Positions 32,081-42,000 of a stretch of DNA of 52,469 bases are shown here, one piece after another (positions within the stretch are counted from its first letter, which is position 1; every line of letters begins with the position of its first letter). Location: positions 1 through 52,469 of the forward strand of contig JAGVJP010000045.1 of the NCBI GenBank assembly GCA_020051075.1, read 5' to 3'. The position numbers and the translations under genes were made by a program. This DNA is from Parachlamydiales bacterium (GTDB lineage: Bacteria; Chlamydiota; Chlamydiia; Chlamydiales; Parachlamydiaceae). A model generated the notes under the pieces. The model made no database searches, had not been told where the DNA came from, and saw only the letters and a program-made list of their open reading frames with translations.

Positions 32081-33416
32081 CTCAAATATCCTCTTAAAAT
32101 GTGATGACAAAGAAATCGTATCGAAGATCATATCTGAAAACACATTTGAGAATCCAAAGTATCTCAGCAATGAGAAGAACAGAAAGTGCAACTGGAACAC
32201 AGACCGATTCATTTCAACATGCCGTTATCAGGAAGGAAGCTTAGTCCTTCCTCGTGGATACATGAAAAGACTTAAGGAAATAATCCAAGAACACAATATT
32301 ACCGTAGAGGTTGAGGATCTCCGATCTACACAGCCAACGGAATATCCTGCATTGAAGGCAACACTGAGACCATATCAAGTGAGTGCGGTCGAAGAGGCTA
32401 TGAAGTCAGATGAAGGAGTTATAGTAAGCCCTACTGGAAGCGGAAAGTCTCTCATAGGAATTGAGATCATACGTAAAAGAGGGCAAAAGGCTCTCATCAT
32501 CGTACACCGTTTAGAGCTTGCAAAACAATGGGCTTCCGTCATCGAAGAGAGACTTGGATTAAAGGCCGGGGTCATAGGAGATGGCGAGTGGTCGGTAGAT
32601 GAGCAAATCACAATTGCGATGATTCAGACGTTAGCTTCCAGAGATGAAGAGATGAAAGCCTTGTCCAATGTATTTGGATTGATTCTACTTGATGAAGGTC
32701 ATCATGCTCCAGCATCGACTTTCTACGATGTCATAGGACTTCTCAATGCTAAATACCGATACTCAGTCAGTGCTACACCATCTCGTAGAGATGGCCTAGA
32801 AAAAATGATTTACTTATGTGTAGGACCAATTCTATCGAACATAGATAAACAAGAAGTCGAGGGAATGGGCTCAACCGTTCCGGTGACAGTTTATTCAATG
32901 AAAACAGGTTTCAAGCCTCCTTTGCTCAATTCTTGGTCAGAATATCTAGACTCCTTGACGGTCAATACAGAGAGAAACATGCGCATCATAGACCTTGTGC
33001 AACAGTCTGACGCTCCGACTCTCGTTCTAGTAGACCGCATTGCACATGCCGAGCAGCTATCAGATATGTTGACAAGACGAGACGTTAGTCATGTTGTCGC
33101 TCACGGAAAGCTAAGCAAAAGCAACCGAGAGATCGTCATGGACAAGATTAAGTCATCCAGGGTTACAGTTGGAACGACAGCTTTGCTTGGCGAGGGGCTT
33201 GACATTAGTGCTTGGAGTATATTGATAATGGCTGCCCCAATCTCCAGCGAGATTAAGTTGATGCAGGCGATTGGAAGGATTGTAAGGCCGGCTCACGGTA
33301 AAGAAAGAGCTTTTGTGTATGACCTGAAAGACGATTGCGGATTTGCTGGAGGAAGCTTTAACAAGCGATTAGAAATTTATAAGAAACACAAGATTTGGGT
33401 TGAATTCCGGAAATAA
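32064..33416 (+). CDS. SF2 DEAD/DEAH-box helicase (ResIII/UvsW-like)
   Basis: LRPYQ, SPTGSGKS, DEGHH, SATPSRRDG, LGEGLDI, QAIGRIVR. Confidence 0.93.
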   Translation: MNLRIDSNILLKCDDKEIVSKIISENTFENPKYLSNEKNRKCNWNTDRFISTCRYQEGSLVLPRGYMKRLKEIIQEHNITVEVEDLRSTQPTEYPALKATLRPYQVSAVEEAMKSDEGVIVSPTGSGKSLIGIEIIRKRGQKALIIVHRLELAKQWASVIEERLGLKAGVIGDGEWSVDEQITIAMIQTLASRDEEMKALSNVFGLILLDEGHHAPASTFYDVIGLLNAKYRYSVSATPSRRDGLEKMIYLCVGPILSNIDKQEVEGMGSTVPVTVYSMKTGFKPPLLNSWSEYLDSLTVNTERNMRIIDLVQQSDAPTLVLVDRIAHAEQLSDMLTRRDVSHVVAHGKLSKSNREIVMDKIKSSRVTVGTTALLGEGLDISAWSILIMAAPISSEIKLMQAIGRIVRPAHGKERAFVYDLKDDCGFAGGSFNKRLEIYKKHKIWVEFRK

Positions 33417-33436
33417 AAAAGCCGCCAAGAAACAAC

Positions 33437-34648
33437 TTGAACGGCCAGATAACAAAGTTTGATGATATCATTATGACACAATCCATGTCAATTAAGCAAG
33501 ATGAAACAAGAGAGAATAAGCTTCGTAAAGCTAGCGGAAGAAGAGACGTTGATAAACTCTTAAGGACTATAGGCTGTTCCAAAGAAAACAACACAGAACA
33601 AATTAAAGATGAATCTAAGGAAACAAAGAATATCTTTGAACCACGAACGTTTAAAGAACTTATAGATTTACCCCCTAAAAAATGGTTTTTAGATCAAGTT
33701 TTTGGAGCAGGGGACATTGGCATGATCTATGGTGCACCAGGATGTGGAAAAACTTTCCTGGTTATCGATATGATAATAAACCTTTGTATAGGCGGAAAAT
33801 GGTCAAATAAATTTTGCGTAAATAAGCCTCTAAATGTAGCTTATTGCGCTGGCGAAGGCATTAGTGGCCTCCCATCTAGATTTGAATCAGCAGCTAAATA
33901 TTACAACATTAAAACTCTAAATAATTTTACTTTTTTCTCAACCCCTCCACAACTTTACGAAGGATATAATAGCGTTCAAGGTACTATTAAGACGTTTGTT
34001 GAAGAATGGGAAGACCGCCAGTTGATGAAAGAAGCCGAATCTTTAGATGTTCTCGTTATCGATACTCTCCATACAGCAACTGTCTCCGCAGATGAAAATA
34101 GCGCGCAAGATATGGGTAAAGTTTTGCAGTCTTGTCGATTTGTAGCTGATAAACTTGGATGCGCAGTAATTCTCGTTCATCACACAAATAAAGGAGGAAC
34201 TTCTGAAAGAGGAAGCTCGGCAATGAGAGGAGCAATGGATTTTATGATCGAGATAAAAAAAGGTAATACAGAAGTTGAAATGATCTGCTCTAAGTTGAAA
34301 GACGGTGAGCAATGGGAAACACAAAGGTTTAGTCTTATCCCTCAAGAAGGGGCTTCTAGCGTTCGTGTGCTCTGGAATGGTCCAATCAGTGATAAGCAGG
34401 GAACTAAGACAAAAGCAGATGATAAAAAGACTATTCTAGATCAAATGGAACGGCATTCTGGCATACGCTTTAATAGTAAATCGTTATCTGAAGTGCTCTT
34501 GAAATCACAGAGCTACACAACTAAATTATTAGAAGAGTTGGTCAAAGAGAAAAAATGTCAGAATGGATTGAGTGATCCAATGAGAGAAAAAAGTAGTAGA
34601 AATCCTTGGGTCTATTGGATCGACAGTTCTAAGGAAAAAAAGAATTAA
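33437..34648 (+). CDS. RepA-like (AAA_25, SF4-type) helicase; start uncertain
   Basis: IYGAPGCGKTF, AYCAGEG, LVIDTL, DENSAQDM, ILVHHTNK, ERGSSAM, KLKDG. Confidence 0.88.
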   Translation: MNGQITKFDDIIMTQSMSIKQDETRENKLRKASGRRDVDKLLRTIGCSKENNTEQIKDESKETKNIFEPRTFKELIDLPPKKWFLDQVFGAGDIGMIYGAPGCGKTFLVIDMIINLCIGGKWSNKFCVNKPLNVAYCAGEGISGLPSRFESAAKYYNIKTLNNFTFFSTPPQLYEGYNSVQGTIKTFVEEWEDRQLMKEAESLDVLVIDTLHTATVSADENSAQDMGKVLQSCRFVADKLGCAVILVHHTNKGGTSERGSSAMRGAMDFMIEIKKGNTEVEMICSKLKDGEQWETQRFSLIPQEGASSVRVLWNGPISDKQGTKTKADDKKTILDQMERHSGIRFNSKSLSEVLLKSQSYTTKLLEELVKEKKCQNGLSDPMREKSSRNPWVYWIDSSKEKKN

Positions 34649-34656
34649 TTGTGAGC

Positions 34657-34888
34657 ATTCACTTCATTTACCACCACTTCTACGAAGTAGTGGTGGTAAA
34701 TGAAGTGAATTTTAGGTTCATTTACTGGTAAATGACTGGTAAATGAACTTAGAGAACGATTCAAAATACTGTTTAGATGTTTAAGATAGTGTCTGTCAAA
34801 ATTCATTTACCAGTCATTTACCGCACAGAATAAGCTTTAAACAGGTTTGTTGAATTTATCAAAGTTCATTTACCGGTAAATGAACTTT
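34657..34888. promoter_or_regulatory. Putative replication origin with TCATTTAC iterons in inverted arrangement
   Basis: Nine copies of TCATTTAC/GTAAATGA; 21-bp-arm IR at 34657-34710; 28-bp perfect palindrome at 34861-34888; lies between helicase and primase. Confidence 0.7.
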
Positions 34889-34926
34889 AGTAGATTAAAT
34901 TTGAGAGGATGAAAGTAAGGTAGAAA

Positions 34927-36006
34927 ATGGATATTAGAGATTTGATTGAGGAATTGGCTTACACGCCAAGAAAGAAAGCTTCAACTCATGGGGGAGAATA
35001 TTCCTCGCCGTGTCCATTTTGCAAAGACGGGGATGATCGGTTCCTTATCTGGCCTCAGAGAAGCAATTCAAATGGAGAGTATGAAGGTGGTCGGTATAGT
35101 TGCCGTATCTGCGGAAAATATGGTAATGCAATTACATTTCTGTGCGACTTTCATGGACTTGGATACAAAGAGGCCTGTGCTCAACTTAGGATCGCTCCGA
35201 AACGCCATCTTGGGATTGAGAGAAAACGATCTGGGCCTAAATTTTCGATAGCTGAAGAGCCATCAAACACATGGAAAGAGAAAGCTTTCTCCTGTGTTAA
35301 CTGGTGTCATGAGAAGCTAATGAAGAATTCTAATGCATTATCTCATCTGACAGCGCAAAGAGGACTTAATTTAGAGACGATCACTCGATTCAAGGTCGGA
35401 ATCAATCCTGGAGAATTTGGACGAGATATTTTTAGAGAAAGAGAAACTTGGGGATTGCTTCCAGATAAAAAAGAAGATGGAACGTTTAAGAAGTTTTGGT
35501 TGCCTAAAGGTATTGTTATTCCAACTTTAGGGATAGATGGATCTGTCACCAAGATTAAAGTAAGAAGAACGGCATGGAAAGAAGGAGACAAACTGCCGAA
35601 GTATGCAGAGTTATCAGGTTCAAAGAGTTGTTATTCAATATATGGAGACACATGTTTGGACGTAGGATTCGTGATAGAAAGTGAGTTGGATGCTATTTTA
35701 GTTCAGCAATTCGCTTCTGATCTCGTCTATTGCATCGCTCTTGGTGGTTCTACTAAACCTTTGGATCTACACACTTATGAGCTTCTAAAGAAAACACCAA
35801 TGATTCTTTTCTGTCCTGATTTTGATGAGGCTGGAGCTTTGGCTTGGGTTCGATGGGAAAAAATGTTTCCTGGGATTCACTGTATTTTCACTCCTGATGG
35901 AAAGTCGGCTGGAGATGCGTATTTTGCAGGAGTCGATCTTCGCGAATGGATTATGGTTAACTTAACTGAAATAAGAAGAAAAATGAAAAAAAACATAGGA
36001 GTTTGA
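34927..36006 (+). CDS. DNA primase (zinc-binding domain plus TOPRIM)
   Basis: GGEYSSPCPFC...DRF...CRIC; IESELDA, ALGGS, PDFDEAG. Confidence 0.88.
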   Translation: MDIRDLIEELAYTPRKKASTHGGEYSSPCPFCKDGDDRFLIWPQRSNSNGEYEGGRYSCRICGKYGNAITFLCDFHGLGYKEACAQLRIAPKRHLGIERKRSGPKFSIAEEPSNTWKEKAFSCVNWCHEKLMKNSNALSHLTAQRGLNLETITRFKVGINPGEFGRDIFRERETWGLLPDKKEDGTFKKFWLPKGIVIPTLGIDGSVTKIKVRRTAWKEGDKLPKYAELSGSKSCYSIYGDTCLDVGFVIESELDAILVQQFASDLVYCIALGGSTKPLDLHTYELLKKTPMILFCPDFDEAGALAWVRWEKMFPGIHCIFTPDGKSAGDAYFAGVDLREWIMVNLTEIRRKMKKNIGV

Positions 36007-36007
36007 A

Positions 36008-36322
36008 ATGAAAATTGAGAATTACAAACCAATCGGAAAAGGATTCCTTATCGGAAAGTTCGACATCAAAATCGAGAAGTGGGGTGAGTTGACACTTCGA
36101 GACTGCACGCTCTTTGAGAAGGATGGTAAAAGATGGATTTCACTGCCATCGAAAGAATTCTTAACAAAAGAGAATCAGAAGAAGCATTTCAGCTTGGTTA
36201 AGTTTTCTCCTGAAATCTTCGAGAGGTTGCAAAGAGCTGCACTAGACTTGCTTGCAAAAGAGACAGTCCAAGTCCCTCCAGCGACATACGATAACTACAC
36301 TGAACCGCAATTTCCATTTTAA
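36008..36322 (+). CDS. SpoVG-like nucleic-acid-binding protein with SSB-like C-terminal tail
   Basis: LTLRDCTLFEKDGKRWISLPSKEF; ends YTEPQFPF. Confidence 0.6.
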   Translation: MKIENYKPIGKGFLIGKFDIKIEKWGELTLRDCTLFEKDGKRWISLPSKEFLTKENQKKHFSLVKFSPEIFERLQRAALDLLAKETVQVPPATYDNYTEPQFPF

Positions 36323-36331
36323 GGAACATTT

Positions 36332-36805
36332 ATGAATATTGAAATTGTCGAATTTTTCCCAATCGAAATAGATCAAGGAACAGGGTATCTATCAGGAACA
36401 TTACGCATTTGTTTATCAGACATCGGAATCCATATCTTAGGCATTCATGTCACCAAACGGAAAAATTCCTGGTTTTTCTCATTGCCTGGAAGGGTAGCAA
36501 ACGATCATCGGAATGGAAAGCCGATTCGCTATCCGTTCATTTGTTTCGAAGATCGTGAGACCCAAAAGCAATTGATAGATGCCATTCGAGAGAAAGGGCG
36601 TGTTTTCATTGAGAAGAGACTTTCAGAGAATCCGCTTAATTCCCATCAAAAGGTAAAAGAGGATGAAGTCAATCCATTGTCACCTGAGGAGAAAAATAAT
36701 CCAGCACAGACCGAATTAAAGCCGATACCGAATACACAAAAGAGGGTTTGGGTAACTCCACCTCCACTAAAAAGAAGGCCAACAGCGTCCTATCGACGAA
36801 AATAA
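36332..36805 (+). CDS. Second SpoVG-like protein with basic tail
   Basis: MNIEIVEFFP..., IHILGIHVTKRKNSWFFSLPGR; SD AAGGA. Confidence 0.55.
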   Translation: MNIEIVEFFPIEIDQGTGYLSGTLRICLSDIGIHILGIHVTKRKNSWFFSLPGRVANDHRNGKPIRYPFICFEDRETQKQLIDAIREKGRVFIEKRLSENPLNSHQKVKEDEVNPLSPEEKNNPAQTELKPIPNTQKRVWVTPPPLKRRPTASYRRK

Positions 36806-36861
36806 GATTGAAAACATAAAGTAATTATTTCATAGTGTGAATGTAATTTATTTAGGAAGAG

Positions 36862-37359
36862 TTGTTTATGACAGAATTCGAAAAAAAATCCGAAGGCCTA
36901 AGGGCTATTGTTATCGAGTCAGATGGAAAAAGCTACGACATAAAACCAAGGAATGCATATTTCACTGAAGAAGAGCTTCGAGAGTTCTTTGTCGGGAATT
37001 TTGTTATCGACCTATTCTATGACGCAAACGTGTTGATCCACGATGAAGACTTAGGAACCATCGATTGGGATGCTCTTACAGAGAAACGAACTCCTGAATT
37101 CTTTTCGATGTCTGATTCGGAGGGCTTAGAGCAATTTGTCGATGATTTAGCCTCTCAAGGACACGATGTGAATAAGGTGGCTAGTATAATTAAAATGCAT
37201 TTTGAAGACAAAATGATATTCCCAATCATAGGACGAGCCATAATGTGTCCTATCGGCTTACTAGATCGATGCGTTCTTAAGCATATGATCTTCAGAAAGT
37301 ATCTGGAAGACAAAGAGTTTAATAACAAAGTCGCAAGCATGAGAGAGGAAGAAGGGTAA
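36862..37359 (+). CDS. Hypothetical protein resembling phage DUF3846 family
   Basis: IESDG...IKPRNAYFTEEEL...VG...IHDED...VNKVAS...IIGRAIMC pattern; start may be ATG 36868. Confidence 0.5.
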   Translation: MFMTEFEKKSEGLRAIVIESDGKSYDIKPRNAYFTEEELREFFVGNFVIDLFYDANVLIHDEDLGTIDWDALTEKRTPEFFSMSDSEGLEQFVDDLASQGHDVNKVASIIKMHFEDKMIFPIIGRAIMCPIGLLDRCVLKHMIFRKYLEDKEFNNKVASMREEEG

Positions 37360-37410
37360 TCTAGATTGTTCTTCATTTGAAAGGTTTCCGGATACTCTAA
37401 GGAGGGATAA

Positions 37411-37836
37411 ATGGTAGCACCTAGAGGACATCAGCCATACAACATATTTGGAGAAGGTGGTCGACCTAAGATTTACACTCAGGAAATGATAGAGAGCGAA
37501 GCAGATGCATTGCTTGATTGGCTATGGCAAGATGAAAAGAACTTTTTCATCGAAGATTTTTGCTTGTCGAGGGGGTATTCTTACAAGCGATTAAACGAAT
37601 GGGTGAAGGCAAACGAAAAGTTTTCAGAAGCTTATGACATGTTTAAAACTAAGCAAAGGGTTGTTTTGTACAAAGGCGGCATTTCAAAGAAATTCGGTTA
37701 TCCGATGTGTGCGTTGATTTTGTCTCACGATCACGGCATTCACCAGAAATCAGAGCAAAAAGTTACAGCTGATTTGAGCGCTAAATCACTCCTGGATGAG
37801 ATCATGGATCAATCTAGAGATTTAGTTTGTGAATGA
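37411..37836 (+). CDS. terS: Terminase small subunit (P22 gp3-like DNA-packaging protein)
   Basis: MVAPRG...GGRPKIYT, IEDFCLSRGYSYKRLNEW, EKFSEAYD, C-terminal SEQKV strand; SD AAGGAGG. Confidence 0.75.
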   Translation: MVAPRGHQPYNIFGEGGRPKIYTQEMIESEADALLDWLWQDEKNFFIEDFCLSRGYSYKRLNEWVKANEKFSEAYDMFKTKQRVVLYKGGISKKFGYPMCALILSHDHGIHQKSEQKVTADLSAKSLLDEIMDQSRDLVCE

Positions 37837-38018
37837 TCTGGAAAAACTCAAGTCCTAGTTCAAGATAACTTTTGTGTAATCAGCAAAATTCATTCATACA
37901 TACTCCCCATCGCGATTTCCGTAAGATAAATTATGCTAAAAATTACTTGATTTTTCTAGGAAAAACCTTGCTCATATGTTAAACTGGAGACTTACAAACT
38001 CCTAAGTGAGAGGTTCTT

Positions 38019-39080
38019 ATGGTTCTTCAAGTATTCGGAAGCCCAGCTCCAAGAGGTCCTAGCAAGAGTCAGATGTTTGCAGAGGCTGTGGGAGCCGGTT
38101 TAGAAGGTCTTGGCAAAGTCGTAGAGAGGAGGCAACTTTCACAAAAACTTGATGAAGAGAATGAAGCCATCAAAAATGCTTATGGAGTGGATTTGAGAGG
38201 CATACACGACAAGAAAGAAAGAATGGCCATCCTGCAATCGGAATTGGATGCTCAGCAGAAAGAGAAGCATCTTGAAAAGAAGAAAAAACTTACTGAGAAT
38301 ATATTGGGAGGCGGCCAACCAGAAGGAGGAATTTCTGTCGGAGGAGCACTTAGAGGTGAACATGGAGAGCTTCAAGAACCAGAAATAAGTTTCAGTGGTA
38401 ATACAGGGGCAAAAGATCAGCGCAGCTTTGCCGATGTTCCCGATCGTGAAATTCTCGAGCTTGGTTTGCATGATAAAGATCTTGCGAATTTCGTTCGGCA
38501 AATGAAGAATGTTGAGCTCAAAAAGCGTGCAGAAGCAAACGAAGAAGTTGCAGGAGATCAGTTTGCTCGAGGATATGATGCAATTTTGAGTGGTGATATG
38601 GACACACTCCAAGATGTTCTAAGAGATTCTAAGACACCTTTCAAGGTCAAATCACGATTAACAGAGTTGAAAGACCGTCAAGAAGTACGCAGAAGCGTTG
38701 GAGATCGAGAGGTTCGAGCACGTCAGACGATGGTTCAGAGAGCCTACCAACATAAGATTTCAAACCTTAATGCTCAGTTGAAGGGATATGTTCAATTAGG
38801 AGAGAAAAAGGACATTAAAGAGCAAATCTCAAAGCTAGAAGCACTACAGAAAGCAGACTTACAGAAGCTCACTAAAGACCCTTCTTCATATCCTAAGCTG
38901 AAAATTTGGAAAACAGATGCTGCTGAATTCCTAGAGGAGGAAGAGGTTGAAGAAGTTAATGAAGACATAGATTCCATTTTAGACAACCTTTCAGATGATG
39001 AGATAAAACAACTCATTTCCGAATCTGGTGGAGATATCGAGTTAGCCAAACAACTCGCTTTAGAGAGGTATGCGCAATGA
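38019..39080 (+). CDS. Coiled-coil protein, candidate virion DNA-ejection/pilot protein
   Basis: 353 aa; Gly/Ala-rich amphipathic N-terminus (FAEAVGAGLEGLG), charged helices, acidic C-terminus; ATGA-coupled to the 1689-aa gene; SD GAGG. Confidence 0.55.
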   Translation: MVLQVFGSPAPRGPSKSQMFAEAVGAGLEGLGKVVERRQLSQKLDEENEAIKNAYGVDLRGIHDKKERMAILQSELDAQQKEKHLEKKKKLTENILGGGQPEGGISVGGALRGEHGELQEPEISFSGNTGAKDQRSFADVPDREILELGLHDKDLANFVRQMKNVELKKRAEANEEVAGDQFARGYDAILSGDMDTLQDVLRDSKTPFKVKSRLTELKDRQEVRRSVGDREVRARQTMVQRAYQHKISNLNAQLKGYVQLGEKKDIKEQISKLEALQKADLQKLTKDPSSYPKLKIWKTDAAEFLEEEEVEEVNEDIDSILDNLSDDEIKQLISESGGDIELAKQLALERYAQ

Positions 39081-42000
39081 CAGCAGCGTTTGATCAGCGA
39101 TTCCAAAAGATAAAAAATGAGCCGAACTCATTCGAGGATAGGTTTAGAAAGCTATCTTCCGAATCTGGTCAAACGCCAAGCAATTCAAAGAATCAAGGAA
39201 AACAACCTTCATTTGAGGACCGATTCAATCAACTAGCCAAGCCGTCTTTTGAAGATCAAATCCTCGAGCAACTCCAATCATATGCTCTGCCATCAGAAGA
39301 AGAACCTGAAGAACAAAGTTTCCTCGACAAATTCACTCCAAAGCCATATGGCAAGCCTGTTTATTTCGAAGAGAAATCACCGGAAGAACGGGAAAAAATG
39401 TCTGCCTACGATCGTATGCAGTATGCAAAGGATCTCTCGACTGAACGAGAAATGAGACAGTCGAAAGGCTTCACGAAAGGTATTTTGTCTGGAGGAACTC
39501 TCGGAGCAACAGAGCATATTCCAGGTCTAAAACCAGATGAAGAAGATCTGATGGTCGGTTTAGGTGAAACCATAGGCTCATATTTACCTATTGCAAAATT
39601 GTACAATTACATTGGTAAGCCACTAGTTAGTTTAGCAGCAAAGTCTCCTATAGCTAAACAAGGTCTTCAGGCATTAGCTCGAATGACAGGATTCGGACTG
39701 ACTGGAGCAACTCACAAGGCCGGAAAGACTTTAATTCAAGGCGAGATTCCAGAGCCTAAAGAATTACTTAAAGAAGGCGCAACATGGGCAGCGATTGACG
39801 GTGTTCTTCAAACTCTTGGCCTAGGTGTGGCATTTCAGCAGTCGGTTAGCAGAATAGCCGAGCAAGAAGGTGTCACAGCAAAAGAAGTCTTAAGTAAGCT
39901 GTGGGATTCGACCAAAAACTATGTGAAATACAAGTTTGGCAGACCGCTCAAAAGTGAAGTCTTGCCTGAAGACATCGAGGTTTTGTTTGAGAAAGCTAAA
40001 GCGGCAGAGACTTCAGGATTAGCAGAGGCAGAGATTGAGGTTTCTCCTGTAGGAAATGCGAAACCAAAAGAACCGATTACCAAGCCAAAAGCAGAGACAG
40101 AATTAGCAGAGTTCAAGAGACCGGAAGGCAAAGAACCTACAAAAGAGTTGTCCCTTCCAGAAAATGCCGTACTGGAAAAACCCGAGCATGTTTCTACTGG
40201 AGCACAAGCAGGGAAAAGCGTTGCAACCATTCCAGTGAGAGAGGAAGATGAGAACGGAAAAGAGTTCTATTCTCACAAGGCTATTCCTCTCACGCAAGAA
40301 GAAAAAGAGCTTATCGACGCTTCTAACGCTTGGTCAAAGGCTGGTGATGAGGGAGAATCCTCCAAGCTAGCAGAGCAAGCAAGGCAGATGATCTTCAATC
40401 GTCTGAAGAAACAACCTGAACAGCCCGTCAAAGAAGAGTTGCCAGAAAACGAGCCAAAATACACCGAATCCGGAGTACAGAAATATTTTCCAGATGGAAA
40501 GGTCGGTGATTACATCAAAAGCCCGGAGGTGAGAGAAGCTCTGAAAGATGTTTTGGAATACCCAATAAGATTTGCCCACAAAAATATTGTTCCTGGAGGG
40601 CTTTACGTTAAAAATGAGCCGATAACGATCTCTAAGGATTATGATCATCCAGGTGGAGATTATCGTGCAAATGAGGTTGTATTACACGAAGCCATTCATG
40701 CATTGCAAGACAGAAAAGGCAGACTTCCTGTTAGACTTACACATGGAGAAAAGCAGCCTTACAAGGAGCGGCCGGAAGAGATCAGCGCGAACAAATTCAC
40801 TGATTGGGCTACAGTGAAGGAGAGAGAGTTTAATGAAAGAGCTAAGAAATCTAAAAGATTAACCGAGACAGAAGAAACTCTGGCTTCTAAGACAGCAACG
40901 AATAAACCTACTCAAGTTCATCCTAAACAAACGCGCCCTCGTCAGCCAGTGGTCGGCAAGAAGCAAGCAGTCGCTCGGTCAAAGATCATAGACCTATTCA
41001 GAAAGGCTTTCAACGATCCTATTCGTCTGGGTAAGATCAAGCAGAAGAACGCGGCAGGCATCCATAAGCTTTGGCCGAAGGTTACACGCTTACTCAAAGA
41101 TAACGATGTCGAGACGGCAGCACATGAGATCGGGCACAACCTACACACAACTCTATACGGTGGAAATGCTAAAACGCCGCAGGAACAAACTCGAAATATA
41201 GAGTCGGCGTTGACTCCATATTTAGATGAACTGAAGCCATTAGCTCATTATGAGCCTTGGGGAATGGAAGGCTTTGCTGAGTTCACACGCCTATACGTAA
41301 CCAATCCAGACATCGCAAAAGAGTTGGCTCCTAAGTTCTATGAGAAGTTTGAATCTGATCTAGGCGCACAATATCCAGAAATGAAGAATGCTCTCTTAGA
41401 AGCCCGAGACTACTACGACAAATACCTGCATGGCACACCGCAATCACGTATTAGAGCACAGACTAGTTACGGAGAAGACAAAGGCAGACTAGCGAATATC
41501 GTTGATTGGGTGAAGGATAACCTGAACCTGGATAAGCTAAAGACTCAATTCCTGGACGATGTTTTCCCTGCTAAAAGGCTAGTTGCGGAAGCTTTCGGCA
41601 TTCCACTACATGAAGTAGAGAACCTGAAGGATCCGAGAAACCTGTATAGATCCCTTCGTGTATTGAAAGGGGCTGTTGGCAAGGGAGACGTCTTCGTTCT
41701 GCATGAGACATTCAACGCAAGGACCCTAGACAAGGTTAACGGAAGCCTTAGAAGCATTCTGAAGAAACTCCCAAATGAGGAGTCATATCGCGAATTCAAC
41801 GACTATCTGATAGCTAGAAGGTCCATAGAGAAGGCTGGTCAGAAGGTCGATACTGGAATTAACTTAGGCGATGCGGTTGCAGTAGAGGAAGAACTAAGGC
41901 CAAAGTACGGTGATCTAGCCAAGGAATTAGACAAGTACAACGATACACTATTGAGATACGCGAGAGATTCAGGCCTTCTTTCCAGCGAACAATACCAAAT

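Noticed and set aside
37829..37858. GTG-started 9-codon ORF overlapping the terS stop as a terL remnant
   Set aside because: Too short to test by eye. It is worth checking only if related elements with terL are found, since it would favour the deleted-prophage model.
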